From positions 1,249,536 through 1,301,100 of the forward strand of contig BFEA01000027.1 in assembly GCA_003427395.1 (NCBI GenBank): a DNA stretch of 51,565 nucleotides, read 5' to 3'. The position numbers were made by a program, and so were the translations under genes. This stretch comes from Chara braunii. Taxonomy: Eukaryota; Plantae; Charophyceae. Under the pieces are notes generated by a model. It ran no database searches, was not told where the DNA came from, and saw only the letters and a list, made by a program, of their open reading frames with translations. Shown here piece by piece: positions 23,034-37,341 of the stretch (within the stretch, counting starts at the first letter, position 1; each line of letters begins with the position of its first letter).

Positions 23034-23643
23034 TGTCATTTTGTGACTGTTTTTTTTTTTTTTTTTTTTTTTGGAGTCTTTTTGGGCTTTTCTTTCACAA
23101 AGGCAACAGATCAAGAGCAGTCTTGTTATGCCTGCCTGTGCTGAAAACAAGTGCTTGTTCCCGTACGGAACACACTGCATGCGTACGGAACGAGTGCATC
23201 CGTACTGGAAACGAATGCTTGGTGCATCCGTACGGAACGAGTGCTTGTATGCGTATGGAACCGCTGCTTTTTTTTTTTTTTTGTCATTATCTGTAGTCTC
23301 TGGTTACCGAAGTAATTATCTTTAGTCTTTGGTCGATTTGTCATTTTGTGACTGTTTTTTTTTTGTTTTTTTTTTTTGGAGTCTTTTTGGGCTTTTCTTT
23401 CACAAAGGCAACAGATCAAGCGCAGTCTTGTTATGCCTGCCTGTGCTGAAAACAAGTGTTTGTTCCCGTATGGAACACATTGCATGCGTACGGAACGAAT
23501 GCATCCGTACTGGAAACGAATGCTTGGTGCATCCGTACGGAACGAGTGCTTGTATGCGTATGGAACCGCTGCTTTTTTTTTTTTTTGTCATTATCTGTAG
23601 TCTCTGGTTACCAAAGTAATTATCTTTAGTCTTTGGTCGATTT
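23034..23643. repeat. 305-bp tandem duplication rich in CGTACGGAAC motifs
   Basis: Units start at 23034 and 23339. Followed by four ~25-bp units taatgtggtgttccgtacgg (23650-23748). Confidence 0.9.
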
Positions 23644-24333
23644 AGGAACGTAATGTGGTGTTCCGTACTGGTACATAATATGGTGTCCCGTACGGGTACC
23701 TAATGTGGTGTTCCGTACGGGTTCGTAATGTGGTGTTCCGTACGGAACGAATGTCTTGGCCCTGCCCTCTGTGTCCAGTGCAGAGAGAGCAGCAGCTTCG
23801 AGGGTGGGTGCGTGTACACCACCATTGTCACCCTCCAGATCGCAACTACTCCATTTCCACATGCCGCATGTGGATGCATCTGACCGCCATCACGTGCAGA
23901 GTTCACTCCTGAAAGTTCAAGTGTGAGAATGCCCTGAAAAGGATCCATCACAGCCACATGTGGATGCATCTGACCACCATCACGTCCAGAGCTCACTCCA
24001 AAAAGTTCCTAGTGTGAGAATGCCCTGAAAGGATCCGAAATGACTCTACTTTTTCAAGTCGTCGTCGTGGCCCACTCCCTTGTCATCTAGTGTCGCTGAC
24101 GCTTTTGTCCGCCGCCTAGGACAGACAGCCACGTCTGTCGGTAGATCGGGTAATCGGGGGGGTTGTATTAGGGTGGCGGCATGGGAAGATGCTTGCTTGA
24201 CCAAGTTCTAGGGTAAATTCCAGTGATGTAGGACGACCTCACAACTCTGGACGATGCCAACTTGGAGGCCCTGTCTGTGAAGTATGGGTTCAATGCATCG
24301 ACTGTTAAGCTCTTGGAACTAGACACCAGTGGA

Positions 24334-24444
24334 CTACCTTCTTCAACGGAATACAACGTACGGTCAATATTGCTGTATTTAGACGGAAAGATACCCCAAA
24401 TGCAGCTATAATGACCGTACATTGTATTTGGGTGAAGAAGGTAG
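24334..24444. mobile_element. ~110-bp hairpin MITE (CTACCTTCTTC TIR), copy 1
   Basis: Palindromic; second copy at 24837-24946. Confidence 0.6.
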
Positions 24445-24549
24445 GCTCGGCGGTCATTACATCCAGGAAAGGAAAAGTGAAACGATTGATTCTATACTTC
24501 ATGTACGACTGCTATTTTAGGAATCACACATCTAACCCAGTATCCCTGA

Positions 24550-24789
24550 GGGCTTACTCACGGTAGCACTGTCCTAAATGTATGTGGCTGCAATTACGGC
24601 CAGAGCTGGATGAATCTGACTGCAAGCACGTCCAGAGGTTAAAAGAAAAAGTTCTAGTGTGAGTATCCCCTGTTTCTCCCGATAGCACGGTCCTAGATGT
24701 ATGTGGCTGCAATTACGGCCAGAGCTGGATGAATCTGACTGGAAGCATGTCCAGAGGTTAGAAGAAAAAGTTCTAGTGTGAGTATGCCC
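24550..24789. mobile_element. Same-TIR Harbinger-type MITE with internal ~120-bp tandem duplication
   Basis: gggcttactcac...gtgtgagtatgccc with flanks tga/tgt. Related right ends at ~23920-23935 and ~24011-24025. Confidence 0.55.
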
Positions 24790-24836
24790 TGTGTCTCCCG
24801 AAATTGCAGCTGGATCCATCGCTGTCACCCACAAGA

Positions 24837-24946
24837 CTACATTCTTCCCCCGAATACAACGGACGGTCATTATAGCTGTATCTAGACTGAAAGATTCCTC
24901 GAATACAGCTATAATGACCGTACGTTGTATTCGGGGAAGAAGGTAG
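24837..24946. mobile_element. ~110-bp hairpin MITE, copy 2
   Basis: ctacattcttcccccgaatacaacg...cgttgtattcggggaagaaggtag. Confidence 0.6.
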
Positions 24947-26182
24947 GGTGGTTCAGCCAGTCGGTGACAGCCCCCCGTTTCTTGTCTGTTTCTCCCTTTC
25001 TGCCTATGGTTTTCGCCGGTCAGTTCTCTATGCCTCTATATATATATATACCCCTTGAGTGTGATGGTTGGTGCCCAATTGCAACTGGGGGGGATTAAGT
25101 TGGATTATCACTTTACTGTGTCCATCACGGTTAGGGTACTTTGCAGACTGTAGAGGGGTGAGCCTCCTGATGACTCGGTGACACTGGACGGAACAGTCTG
25201 TCACAGAGTCATCGGGCATGTCATCGGTTTCTTTTCCTTTTCTCCCTTTCTGCTTATGGTTCACCGGGCAGTTTTCGGTGACTTCCATCTATTTATATGT
25301 ATTTATAATTTTTTTAGGTTGCGATGTCTTCCTTTCGGAGCAACGGACTTCCCGATGCATGTGGAGGTGTTGGTCAAAGATCAATAGGATTCGGGGGATG
25401 AAGTGGTATTGAGCTCGTCAGACGGCCGAACTCTCGCTTGAGCCTCCTTCCCATAGCCAACCCTAGAAGCTTCCTCCCCTTCTCTGTCTTCGCTCTTCTT
25501 TGCTAAACCTGAATGTTTCTCCGTCTCTCTTCGCTTTCCGTTGCCAAACGCAAATCTTTAAGTCTTCCGTCGCAGTTCGAATGATTGAAGGGCAGAGAAC
25601 CTGGTACTCTCGCCCTATCCCCGTTTATCACCATGCTCTTGCTCCATTTTCCTTGTTCATTTTCCTCGCTACTGTTGCCCGTTGCTCTCCTAGATTCCCC
25701 TTCCCCTAAACTCCCTTTGCACTCTCCCCAGCAGCAGGACTCCCCTCTAAAGAGCCACCACATTGCAGGCGGCAAAAAGGCTTGGAGGACTGCCACCTGC
25801 TGATTGCGGGGCTGCGTTGGCTTCACACAGAACTGCTTTGTACGTCCTCCCCCTCTTTCTTTTTTGCCTATCTGACCGATTCCCTTCACCTGAATGACGC
25901 ATGATGAAGATTGTAAGATTCCTCCCTCTCCGCTCACAGTCTTCCCCGCTGTCGTGGAGTCGTTTTGGGGACTTGCTGCTGCGACTGTCGCGGTATTTGA
26001 ACTGAACAGTCTGCGTTGGTTGTTGAATCCAGGTTGGTGGGTATGGAGTTTTTTGCTTGCGCTTTTAGGGAAGATGGGTGTGGGCACGCACAAATGTGGC
26101 CAATCTTGCGCACTCATTTTAACCATAAAGGGATAAGCATGGATTTGGGGGTGATGTGTGGTGTTGCTGACACAAAAATGCC

Positions 26183-26264
<82 letters not shown>

Positions 26265-26756
26265 TAGTGAAAATGCGACAAAACACGACAAAACGGTGTG
26301 GCACAGGTATGCTTTGTCTGTGGAGTTGTCGCATTTTCACTGAGTGAACATGATAAGACACACACGCACTCCGCGATGAGTGATTGGTATATTGCAATTG
26401 CTGATGATCTATCTGCTGTAGCAAGGAATTGGTTATGGGCAGAAAGCTGCGCGCTTTCCTTCAAATTTGCTTCTCACAGCCTTGGCTCTGGACAGCTGTA
26501 CTAGCAGAGCTCTACGGGCATATCCTCAGCCTGTGCCTGGTCTGATGGGTTATGGATGGCCCAAGCTTCACCACCTGGAAGATGGATAGCACATAGAATT
26601 CTCAGAGAGCAGCACCTGAATCGGAGACATTGCCGATGATTAATTCCCTGGACGTAATTGGATTGCCATTGCTCTTTTGGTAATGCCCTTTTCACTGACC
26701 ATGACCTCCCTTGTTCATTGCTATTGTTGTGGATGTGAAATGCTGCAATCCCATAG

Positions 26757-27169
26757 GTAAGGCAGAGGAGAATGCTGGGAAGGGTTCATCGCGAAAAGAG
26801 GACAAGGACACCGTGGAAGGAAGCGAGGATGCATCTGCAGGCACAGGGGAATCCAAGAAGAAGAAAAAGAAGAAGAAGACAGGAGAGAAACCGGCAGGGG
26901 ATCGAAGTGCGAGTGGTGGACCTGAGCAGGAGGTGTCAAGTCCTGCTGGCGAACAGGTAGAGGAAACTTCGCAGGAAACTCCGAACAGTGTCACGGACAA
27001 GAAGGAGGTGCTGAAGAGGCTTGCGTCGTTGAAGAAATCGAAATCGAAGAAAGAGAAAGATGAGGTGGCGGCCAAGGCAAAGCTGGCGGCAGCAGAAGCT
27101 GCGGCTAGGAGTGCAAAGATGTCAAAGAAGAAGGACAAGACCCACTACAATCAGCAACCTGTTAGATAA
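26757..27169 (+). CDS. Last exon of the same AT2G25670/AT4G32610-like gene
   Basis: KEVLKRLASLKK...AAAEAAARSAK...KKKDKTHYNQQPVR* is the family C-terminus. Likely acceptor ccatag| at 26756; exact acceptor uncertain. Confidence 0.85.
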
Positions 27170-28208
27170 AGTGATAGCTATGATTGGCTGAAGAACTGCA
27201 CAGGAGGAAGTCCGGGGAAGAAGGGTGGGGGTGGGGGGCAGGGGCAGGGGGGTTGGGAGGGACTCGGGGGGCAAGGGAGAGGGGAATGTGGAGAGGCACA
27301 TCATGCGAGCTGCGGCGGTGGGCCATGAAGATGTACACCATGAGGGCTCTGGAGAACACATGAGTGAGTGTCCTTATCTCCCTGTTCTGCGTGAATGATG
27401 CAGGCAGGATGGATTGCAGTTGTGTTGGTCATTCTTGTTTATGAATGAAGGAGGATCGACTTGAATTTTTTTTTTTGCAGGAGCATGCGTTCCTCAAGTG
27501 GCAGCAGCAAAATGTGTTGCAAAAATGTAACGTTGAGAATGGGTGAGAAGAGGATTTGGGTAGAGAGAGTTGTAGGCCTCGTGCTGTTGCATTTTGTCCA
27601 GGGGCGTGGTGGGGGGGGGCAGGGGGGGGGGGGAGAGAATGCGGTGAAGTGGGCAACAAGTAGATTGTGTGGGCATCATCAGGAGGGTATATATATATAT
27701 ATACATATATGTGAATGGGTGTGATATACAGATAGACAGGTAGTGTGGGTGGAAATGGTGAGAGGAGTTCTTCTCTTGGCATTCTTCATGCTGAGGCAGA
27801 GACTGCTCAAGAAAGGAGCTCTTGATGCTGAGAAAGGCTTGCTGTCAGTAAAAAGGCCCAACACCTGAAGCAGGTTCTCCTTTTGCATGTGTGAGAAGAC
27901 CTCTCAGTGCCAATGGATGTTTTGCCGTTGGTAATTGATGCTCAGAACTGTTGTAGCCCAATTCACTGCATTTGTTATCGTAATTTTGACTGTCACAGCG
28001 TGGAAAGCTTCCTGTTGTGTTCCACTGTAACATGTTGATCAATGTCCCCTTTCCTTGTACACAATCGGCAGAATGATGGGAGTCCTGTGGCAATCCGATG
28101 TGCATGAAGTCAACCAGTGAAGTGAAATGTGTGTTGAGAGAGAGAGAGGGAGAGATTGAATGGGTGTGCAATGGGGGCAAACCGGCGGGGGGGGGGGGGG
28201 GGGGGGGG

Positions 28209-28244
<36 letters not shown>

Positions 28245-28586
28245 GGGGGGGCGGAGAGAGAGAGCGAGGGACAGAGAGTGAGAGAGAGAGAGGGAAGGGG
28301 ATCAGCAATCCCGTGCCACAGGCTAAGGTGCAATGAATACCCAGTGATTGCTGTATACAAGCGACATCCTTCCATACCCATTCAATACAAGGAGTTATCC
28401 TAGTACTAGATCAAGCAATGCAATGCTGTTCACAACGGCAGATATGAGGTCATGACATGGCAGTATCCCACAGAAGCTCAACCTCCCTCCCTGTGAGCTT
28501 TTGCTTGGTGAAGAAGAAAATCCTGCCCCCTCCAACAACAATTAGTCATTATTGAATAGTGCCTCATGTCACCTTCCTATCAACTG

Positions 28587-28690
28587 CTGCTTAGTCCGCG
28601 TAGTATGCCACCAGAGAGAGCTGCTTAGTCCGCGTAGTATGCCACCAGAGAGAGATGCTTAGTCCGCGTAGTATGCCACCGGAGAGAGCT
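28587..28690. repeat. ~35-bp tandem repeat x3
   Basis: tgcttagtccgcgtagtatgccacc.gagagag. Confidence 0.9.
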
Positions 28691-31600
28691 TGAAGTAACA
28701 GTACCTGTAAGTCAGCGATTCACTTCATCGTGAACCGAGTGCTGTGTGGAGGCTGCTGCCCTTGCACATCGTGGACTTAGTGCTGTGCGGAGGCTGTCCA
28801 TGCAGTGTTACAGCGCTGGACCTGTGGAGCATTTGAGGCCTTCCCCACTTCGTAGGACTAATGCAGAGAATATTGGCTGGCGAGTTGCTATGTTTAGAAT
28901 TTCCTACGCCTGATGTGAGTTTTGATGGGATTCGTAAGTTGTCGGACCAGGTTCCGCTTCAGAGAACGCAGAGAAGTGAAAAAGCGGAAAGTGGGCATAG
29001 CCAAATAACATGGGGGCTCTCGCAGTTCTCCAACCAACCTTGGGAGTCCAAGAATTGCTGTCTTGATGCTTCAGAATTACTTCTATGTTTCTGAAGTTGG
29101 AGGCATCTTTCTTGAGGAGAGTGTCGTTTTGTTAATCCGCCGTATAGCAGGGTTAATGTGCAAACTGACCATCGTGTGTATCGAAGCCTCTGTAAGGCTA
29201 ATGATGCCTTGGCTACCTTACTGCTTCCCTGCACTGAGGGGATGGGACTAGAGGGGTGCTGAAAGACTGACAAGGTCCATATGATCGCGCTGTATGCTGG
29301 ATGCAAGCGGCTGCGATTCATGGGTAGGACGGCAAAAGACGGCTCCTTGTGTCCTGTGAAGTAATCCCCGTGTCCTGTGAAATGTGAATATGATGTCAGT
29401 TGTTGCAGTCAAATCCTATTTCACACAGTTCCTTGCATTGTGTGACAATTGGACATGGGTAGGGGGCTTATAGATGGCTGCTTGGGCCACGGGACATGGG
29501 TGGGACTGCAAAAGACGGCTCCTTGTGTCCTTGCATTCTGAAACCGTCATAAGCTGGGTCGTTTGCAGTATTCGAAACGGTCCTCAGTTGTTGCAGTCAA
29601 ATCCTGTTTCAGAAAGTCCCAGTGTGTGTATTCCCATGTTCTAAGCTGGTTCTTTTCCGGTATTTGTAGCGGTCCTCTTTTGCGGAATTCGTACGGTCCT
29701 CTTAGGGTGCTGTGGCAACCTGACCTTGGCAATCTAACCAATCCTCTTTTTTTCAGAGAGGGTGGAATCTGAGATGCGTGCTCAGGGTGTAGACTGCTCA
29801 GTTGCAGGCTGAGCCTGGAGGTGAGGATTGTACTATGTAGGATGAGCAAAAGGGCTTAGCTACCATTGTATGGACAAGCCGTCGCAGCTTTGCTTGCTGC
29901 CAACAGGGGTCAAAGCGGATTGGGGAGAGCAGGGTGGTTCAAGGATTTGAGCTAAGGGGTTGATTTGTATGCTTTTTCTTGACTGGCGGCCGAAGGAAAG
30001 GTGGGGTGGCGAAGGGGGAAAGGTGAGCTTACTGGGGGAAGGAATTGTGAGGGGCAAGGTTTGAGGTGAGGTGAGGGGTTGAGGTGAGGAGTGAGGTGAG
30101 GGGTGGGGAGGGGGGTAAAAAGGGGAGGGGAGATGGGGTTTGAGGTGGGGAAAGGTGAGTGGTAAGGTGGAGGGAGGAGGGGTGTGAGGTAGGGAGGAGG
30201 GGTGAGGTGTGGAAGGAGGTGGGGGGAGGTGCGGACAGAGGTGGGTGGATGTGCAGACTGAGGCAGAGGAAGAAGATGCTTGGTGTTGCAGGTGTGGAGG
30301 GAGGTGCGAATGGGTTGCGTCCCCTGCTTGGTGTTGCAGATTTCGACACGATTTTGGTGAGCGGTGACTGCTTGATGCGAAAGGACAGGAGTGGTGCTCT
30401 TGTGTGGGTTGGGACGTCCGTATGGTGTGATACCGTGTGATAGGAGCAGTTGGGAACGTACAGTGGCCACGCTAGTTTGCATCATGCACCATAGTCGCAA
30501 TAAGACAGACTTCGTAACATGTTTGGATGATTGCATACGATGTCCATGAACTAGGTTGTATCTACGGATAGTACGTAGTACCGGTTACATACGTAGTAGA
30601 GGTGCCACATGTGATGTCTGTAGCGTACTGTGTAGTCTTCCATATGTACACCCTATATAGTATAATGTGAGCCGCAAATGCGGTACTGTATACCATGATA
30701 GGTATACTCTTTCGGTTCGTGCAGGTAATGTGCGATGACCTGGGCACTGGGCACTGTCTACTACGGACTCTTTATCTAGCACCATCTCATACTGGATATC
30801 ACCTGAAGACGAGGATCACTTGCTTCTCTGCTGATCATTCGCGTGGACTTCCAGTATTCCGAATTTCTTCCTCGGTCGTTATTTTGCTCGGGTACGATGG
30901 ACTGTCAAGCCACACCAGATTGGATCTTTATTGCCTAATCCTGCCACCTGGCTGGCGATTACGGACTGGAGTTGATGAACAAATGAAGAAGAGTAGAAGA
31001 AGAAAAAGTTTTTTTGCGAGGAGATTATGTTTTCGAGCAGGGTGCCAGGATCGTAAGGTCCTGTTTTATTGAATAATAATAATAATAAAATAAATAAATA
31101 AAATGTTTTTTCTAGCAGGGCGTACACCTGAACGTCACTGCTATTCCGAAGTGGCTGACCCCTTCATCTCTCAGGGACCCTGGAAGCTTTTTCCGGCCGA
31201 TGCACTTAGACTATAGGTTTGCTATGCGTTCTCCTCTCTCTCCTTAGGCATAAGCCGCATAACACATTTTTGTACGGATTGCTGTTTGTGAAGATATGTT
31301 GTCTTGCTTCAAAGACGGTTGAATTGACTGTGCCTGTTCTTCACCTACCACATTTTGGTCGCCTTTGTTTTGGCATCGATGATGAATCGGAGGTTATTAT
31401 CGGGGCCGTTCCTTTCCAGGTTTATTTTTCCTTCTCCTGATGCGTCTTCTCGTGAGTTTTTTTCCTTACATCCTATGAATGTTGTCTTCATCAGCTGAGA
31501 TTGTTGCTCGATTGACGGTTCATGTTGGCCTCTCTCCTTTACTAAGGTCCCTTCCATCACACCTTCTCTGCCGTCATCTGCCGTCATCTTCGTTCAGCCA

Positions 31601-32547
31601 GCAGAGAAGCAAGGGCGTTTTTGATGAAGCAAACTCAATAGAAGTGGTAAAAGACCAAAACAAGCGTCTATTGAGTTTGCTTTGTCAACCTTCGTAAAGG
31701 CGGCAAGCAGCTAAAAGCCAAACCAAATTTAGCAAATGACGAGAACGAACGAAATTGCATCTAGTGTGGAGGGTGGAACTGTTAATGCTTGAGGTAGGAG
31801 AGGCTCAAGTTGTGTTCCTCTCTTGCCAGTTCATCTCTGTTTTCGAAATCCATATCATGCAAGAGTGTGAGGTTGCTTATTCTCTACAGTAGCGGCACTC
31901 GTATCTCGATTCGTATGGAAAACTTTGCCCGGGTTCATTTTTCTATGGAAAAACACTTGAGCCCCATCCGAGTGTTGGTGCCTCGCACTTCTCAAATCGT
32001 CTTTTGTCTTACAACAATTTGTGGGAAAGCGTAAGCAGGTGCTCGATGCTTTATATTATCTTGTCGGAACAACTGCCGTGAGGCATGCCATTACTCTGCA
32101 ATCTTCGTCCTTAGCATTTTTTACTGTGATTGTATGTTGTTGCAGGAAAGCATTCGAGCAACCAGCCAGCTGTAATAATTCATGAATGTGCATGCCTCGG
32201 CCATTGGCGTTCATTAGACAAAGTGTGGATATGTGACAAGAATCACAACAGGAATTAAACTATGGACCTAAAATTTTTGGATTCGTTTTGAAGATTGAGA
32301 GCATATAAAAGATATTATAAATTTAATATGAAAAGCTTTTTGCCTTCAAGGAAAACTCTTAGGAAAGTTGTACGAACTTGTATTTTTCAGACTACGCAAT
32401 TATTGTCACTTGGCCATAACTGTGTTACTTTAGTTGGAACTAGTTCATTTTTGTATATTGTTTGAAGGTTGGGAGGTGCCATCTCATCTGGTCAGACAAT
32501 ATGTCAGCCAGTGTGCTTGACAAGATAGCTACGTATAGAAAAATAAA

Positions 32548-32717
<170 letters not shown>

Positions 32718-34060
32718 CTAATATTCGAAACGACAAAAAGTGTTTGCTAAAAGAGTTGGAAATTGAGTGTTAGAAAAATGAAAGGATACGCGCTGAATTG
32801 TCCGAAAAAAAAAAAGGAGGTTCGCTATAACTGACCTCGTGTCGGGCCAAACTATCAAGGTCTAAATTTGGTATGTAAAGCTCACAAGATTATTGAATGG
32901 TAGGCTTTGTTGTGTACCGTACCAAAAGCGTCATGGCCCACCTGCTCCAGAATCCTCTCATAAAGCACCGTCTTGGTTATCCCAAAACATGCACTTGTTC
33001 AAAAGAAGACAAAATAACAAAAGGTACCAGCTGAAAATCAATTTTGTACATTACCTTGAATATTCATTCAAGTTCCTTTGGTAAATTCAGTGTGATTGGG
33101 ATTAGCTACAGTTTTTATAAGTTTATTAAACTATTACCTCTACTAGCATGTTAGTTGAAATTGCGGGGACATCTTATACACTACAATTAGTTAGGTGATT
33201 TGCTTATATTTTTTTATACTCGTTTTGTCACTCCTTTCATAGTAGTGATAAGACATGTTGTCCTACTATTTCCCTTGTATGGCAGTTGATGTTTTTGTTG
33301 GTATGTGATGTTGAACTAGGTAGAGTGGGAAAGTATTAAAGTTTAGTTAAACGGATCATTTTCCTTTCGACTTCAAACATTGCGCATTGGAGTTACTACG
33401 GATATCATCTGATCGTGATATCGTGTGGATGCAAAAACTGGTTGATTATTTTTTTTTTCTTTTTTTTTCTTAAATGCATTGATTTGCAATTGAACGCATA
33501 GGATGTGAAAAATAAAAACATAAAGTGATCGAGAAATAAGATTCTTAACTGAACGAGGGGTATGAATAATGGAAAGGATAGGGCTTATAGGTGATAGGGA
33601 TAGAAGATTTTGTACCCATTGTCTTTTGCTCTAACTGATGCGACAACTTTTCAAAGAATGTAAGGGGATTGTCTCAAGGATCAAAACAAATCAACGCAAA
33701 ATATTTTTTATTAAACCCGGTCTTATTTTTGTTACAATCGGGTTTTCCCTCTTAGTAGTCCCACGTACCCACTTTTCAAAAATCATAAGACAAATGCAAA
33801 TGAGCTATAGGAAGTCGTTTTATTCGACGTCGTTACAGGTTTGTCGAAGTTGTTTGTTTTTTTTAAGGCACGTGGAGAGTGGTTACAAGGTAGCAAAGAG
33901 TGTGGATGTGAAAAAGAAAAACCTAGCCCACTTACTCGTCAAAAAAATAAAAACTAAAGAGTCGATTATAATAAAAAAGGAAAACCAGATGTGAAAATAA
34001 AATAATGGTGGTTGTGCTAATACCTGTCCCATAAGGTCGGGGTTGGAGGTCCTTAGTGAA

Positions 34061-34106
<46 letters not shown>

Positions 34107-35060
34107 GAAACAGGCATGTTTTAAGCGACCCTCAATATTTTATTTTATTTTATCGTTTCTCTCAAACACATACATACATATATGCATACACACTTTGTGT
34201 TACACGCACAAACACACACAAGGCGTGCATATCTCTTATTTCCACCCTCTGTTTTTTTTTTTCCTCTTATTATTTTGTATAGATACACCAAGGCATGTAT
34301 ACCTTTCTCTCATATAGTGTTTTATTATTGCATATAAATACATCACGACGTCTCTCTTTTTCTCTCAGGTTTGTTCGTCACTTTCGGAGCGTCGGTTTTG
34401 TGAGCACTAAAATACCAACAATCATAGGTACCCTACACATGATGGTTGTGAACGCATACGACCTATGAGAGTTGCCTGCAGTGATGGAACTATATTGCAC
34501 GAAGCTAAAACTAATGAAATACCCTTGGGAGGTATTGCGATCAACAATTTCGGCCTACATCAGAAATTGTAAGGACAGTGGTGTACGGAATACGTTCCTC
34601 TATTTTTGAAAGCAGAAGAAGCAAGGCAACTAAAAAGATAAACATCGTGAAAGATAATTCCCGAAACGAAACAACAAACGGCGGAAATACATAGTTGTGG
34701 ACAAAAACAAAAACAAAAACATAACATAAACAAAAACAAAGCAAATAGATGTCCGCGTGAAAGTATCACAACTATAACATACATAATGATACCGTACAAA
34801 TTTTGCCCAATCCATTAAAGATATTGTGGAAGAAAAATGAAAATGTAAAATTGAACCAACAGAAAGCGAGCGGGACCTTTGTTTTTCGTATCATAATATT
34901 CCAAAGGAAATAAAGAGACCCGAGAAACGGAGAAGGTGGCCTAAGTAAAAGTACAAACCGTATACTCAGCTGGAACTTCGAAAAGAAAATTAAAAGAATT
35001 TTCAGAAATGTTCAAAATTTTAAAATTTCATAATTTCATAAATATGCAAACACAATCAGT

Positions 35061-37341
35061 CCCTACAATGGATAAAAGATTTATTGTTCTCCACTCAGGC
35101 GCCATGGAGACCCCTAGCACTGCAACAAATAACCAGGTTGGCACCACCTACCCCTCCCGACGTTGCACCAGAGACTTGGCTCGAAGACAGGTATTGGACT
35201 ATACCCAGAAAATCAGTGAGGGCTAGGAATGAAGAAGCGACTGATAGGCAGGCAGCCAGGCAAGACTTAAAAAAAAACCCCTTTTGACCTACTATCCTAA
35301 GGATATGGCATAAGCTGGCCCTGCTAGATAACCCCCCCCCTGAACGCTGGGAGGAGGTGGTCCGGCAACCTCTTTTTGGGAATCGATGGATTACAGACCG
35401 GCATAGCAGAGTGCTCCGTAGTGATAAGAATCCGTGGAAGGGTTGGGTCAAGAATGAGGTCATGAGAATCGAAGATATTTGGGATCAGGGACTAGGAACT
35501 AGCTGTCAGAATTTCAACAGAGGGGGAAACTGAGATATTGCCATAAGGTGGGAGAGACACTGGATACGATTATCTATGTTATCCCCCTAGATTGGATCCG
35601 GATTCTTTGCAAGGGGCCATTAGTGATGGAAGGGGATTGGGTCGGAATCAGGGATATTGAGGGGGTGATCGGGAATGTAGTCTATGCCCGTTCTGGGGGA
35701 GCGGGCGAGGAACAGAAAATGGTTATCAACCACTTTAGAATAAAGGCAGATAACCGCTTGGAACGGACCCAACCAGAAGTGACAGAATGGTACTCGAAGT
35801 CGGAAGTCTTCCGTAACCGGGTCCTTAAAGAAACGGACCAATGGAGGGCATACAAACCAAATGTGCCAATACCAAATGTGCCAATACCAAATGTGCCAAT
35901 CCAAGACCTCCCCCTAGACCCCGATGACTGAAGATGGACACTGCAATATGATAGAGGCAGGTCCGGAGAAAGGCAGGTGCACACCCTCTCTGTCAAAGCC
36001 ACTTACCGAATGTTAAGACCAAGAGTCAACTTGAAGGAGGTGGTTGACGCGCGCTGGATGACACACCTTAATATAGGGAAGGATATGCTGCGGCCAGTCA
36101 GGTGGTTTACGGTAAGCAAATTTATGCCAGCGAAACTAGGTTCACTACAATGGCAAATGGAACATAGGTGCTTGCCAAGGTGCTTGCCAACAAATGACTG
36201 GATAATCGACAGAACACGCCTGAAACAAAAAGGGTTGGCACTTCCCTAGTGTAGGATATGTGCAAAATCCTTCCCGTCCAGGAAATGGCCCGACCATTGA
36301 GCATATGTTTCTGTCGTGCCCTGCAGCGAAATGGTTGTGGAGATGGTGGGACCGCCTCTGGAGACATTTAGGTGCGTCTCAGCCCTGGTCATGGGATTAG
36401 AGAGAACTTCTCTGCGAGGCATGGGCTCCTGTAGAGGCCACCACCTTTGAAAGGAATATGTTTAAAATGGGACGCCGGGCCATCATTTGGGCTATCTGGT
36501 GGCGACGATGCACGTTGGAAATGGAAGGGGTACGCAAGGACGGTATGGAATTTATCAGCACAATAAAGGAACAAATACAAGAAGATATCACTATTCAATG
36601 GGAAAGAGTCAGACAGAAGATCGCTTCTCTACATTCCAAACAGAAACTCAAACAGATTATTGGAAGTTTCTGTAAAGACTGGCTGGGCGGGGAACATGGA
36701 GGGTGGATTGCAAAGGTAGAGTGGAAAGGGAGTGACAGGGGGGGGGTGTTATAGGGGAAGGAGAAAGGGACTATCATGTTTGCTTTCAAGAATGGACGAA
36801 GATCGACCCCTCTTTTCCCACTCGGCCTGCTTCGTATTTTGTTGATTTTTTTCCCCCATCACCTCTGGCTTTGGTAGGCATGGAATGGTATGGGGGGGAC
36901 AGGGGATAGGGGACAGTAAATAAAAAGGAAAAAGGTAGGGAGAAGGAAGGGAGGGAGGTTCCCCTCTAAATATCTTGCTCATTATTTTTCACTTATCTTC
37001 GTCTCAGAGGTATAGAGGAGGGAGAAGTTAGTGTCATGATGGAAGATATCTGGCCCCTGACATTAGGGTGAAAAGGCTTCCCCTCCCCCTAATAGACCAG
37101 TGCCTAAAGGGCTGCTCAGTCAATCCCCTGGGGTACAGGGCAATCAATGCTGGCAGACCTCACGGTCACCTCATAGTCACTGCTCTCATTTTCTGTATAT
37201 GGGACGCTGGACCCGTTTTCCAGCAGGTGATGCTCCCCACCAATAGATGGAGCCTCCCTCCTGGTGTTAGTGGTGTTTGCTCTTATCAGCAGCACTAACA
37301 CTGGCGGGGGCATTTTCTTTCTCGAAAAAAAAAAAAAAAAA
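35061..37341 (+). mobile_element. 5'-truncated, decayed L1/Tx1-like LINE (post-RT region, zf-RVT, 3' UTR, poly-A)
   Basis: LQWIKDLL...PW, QPLFGNRWI and CRIC...TIEHMFLSCPAAKWLWRWW zinc knuckle, with stops and frameshifts. Poly(A) at 37325-37343. TSD AATCAGT at 35054-35060 and 37342-37348. Confidence 0.88.

Noticed and set aside
23650-23748. CRISPR-like array
   Set aside because: Head-to-tail ~25-bp units without unique spacers, eukaryotic context, no cas genes.
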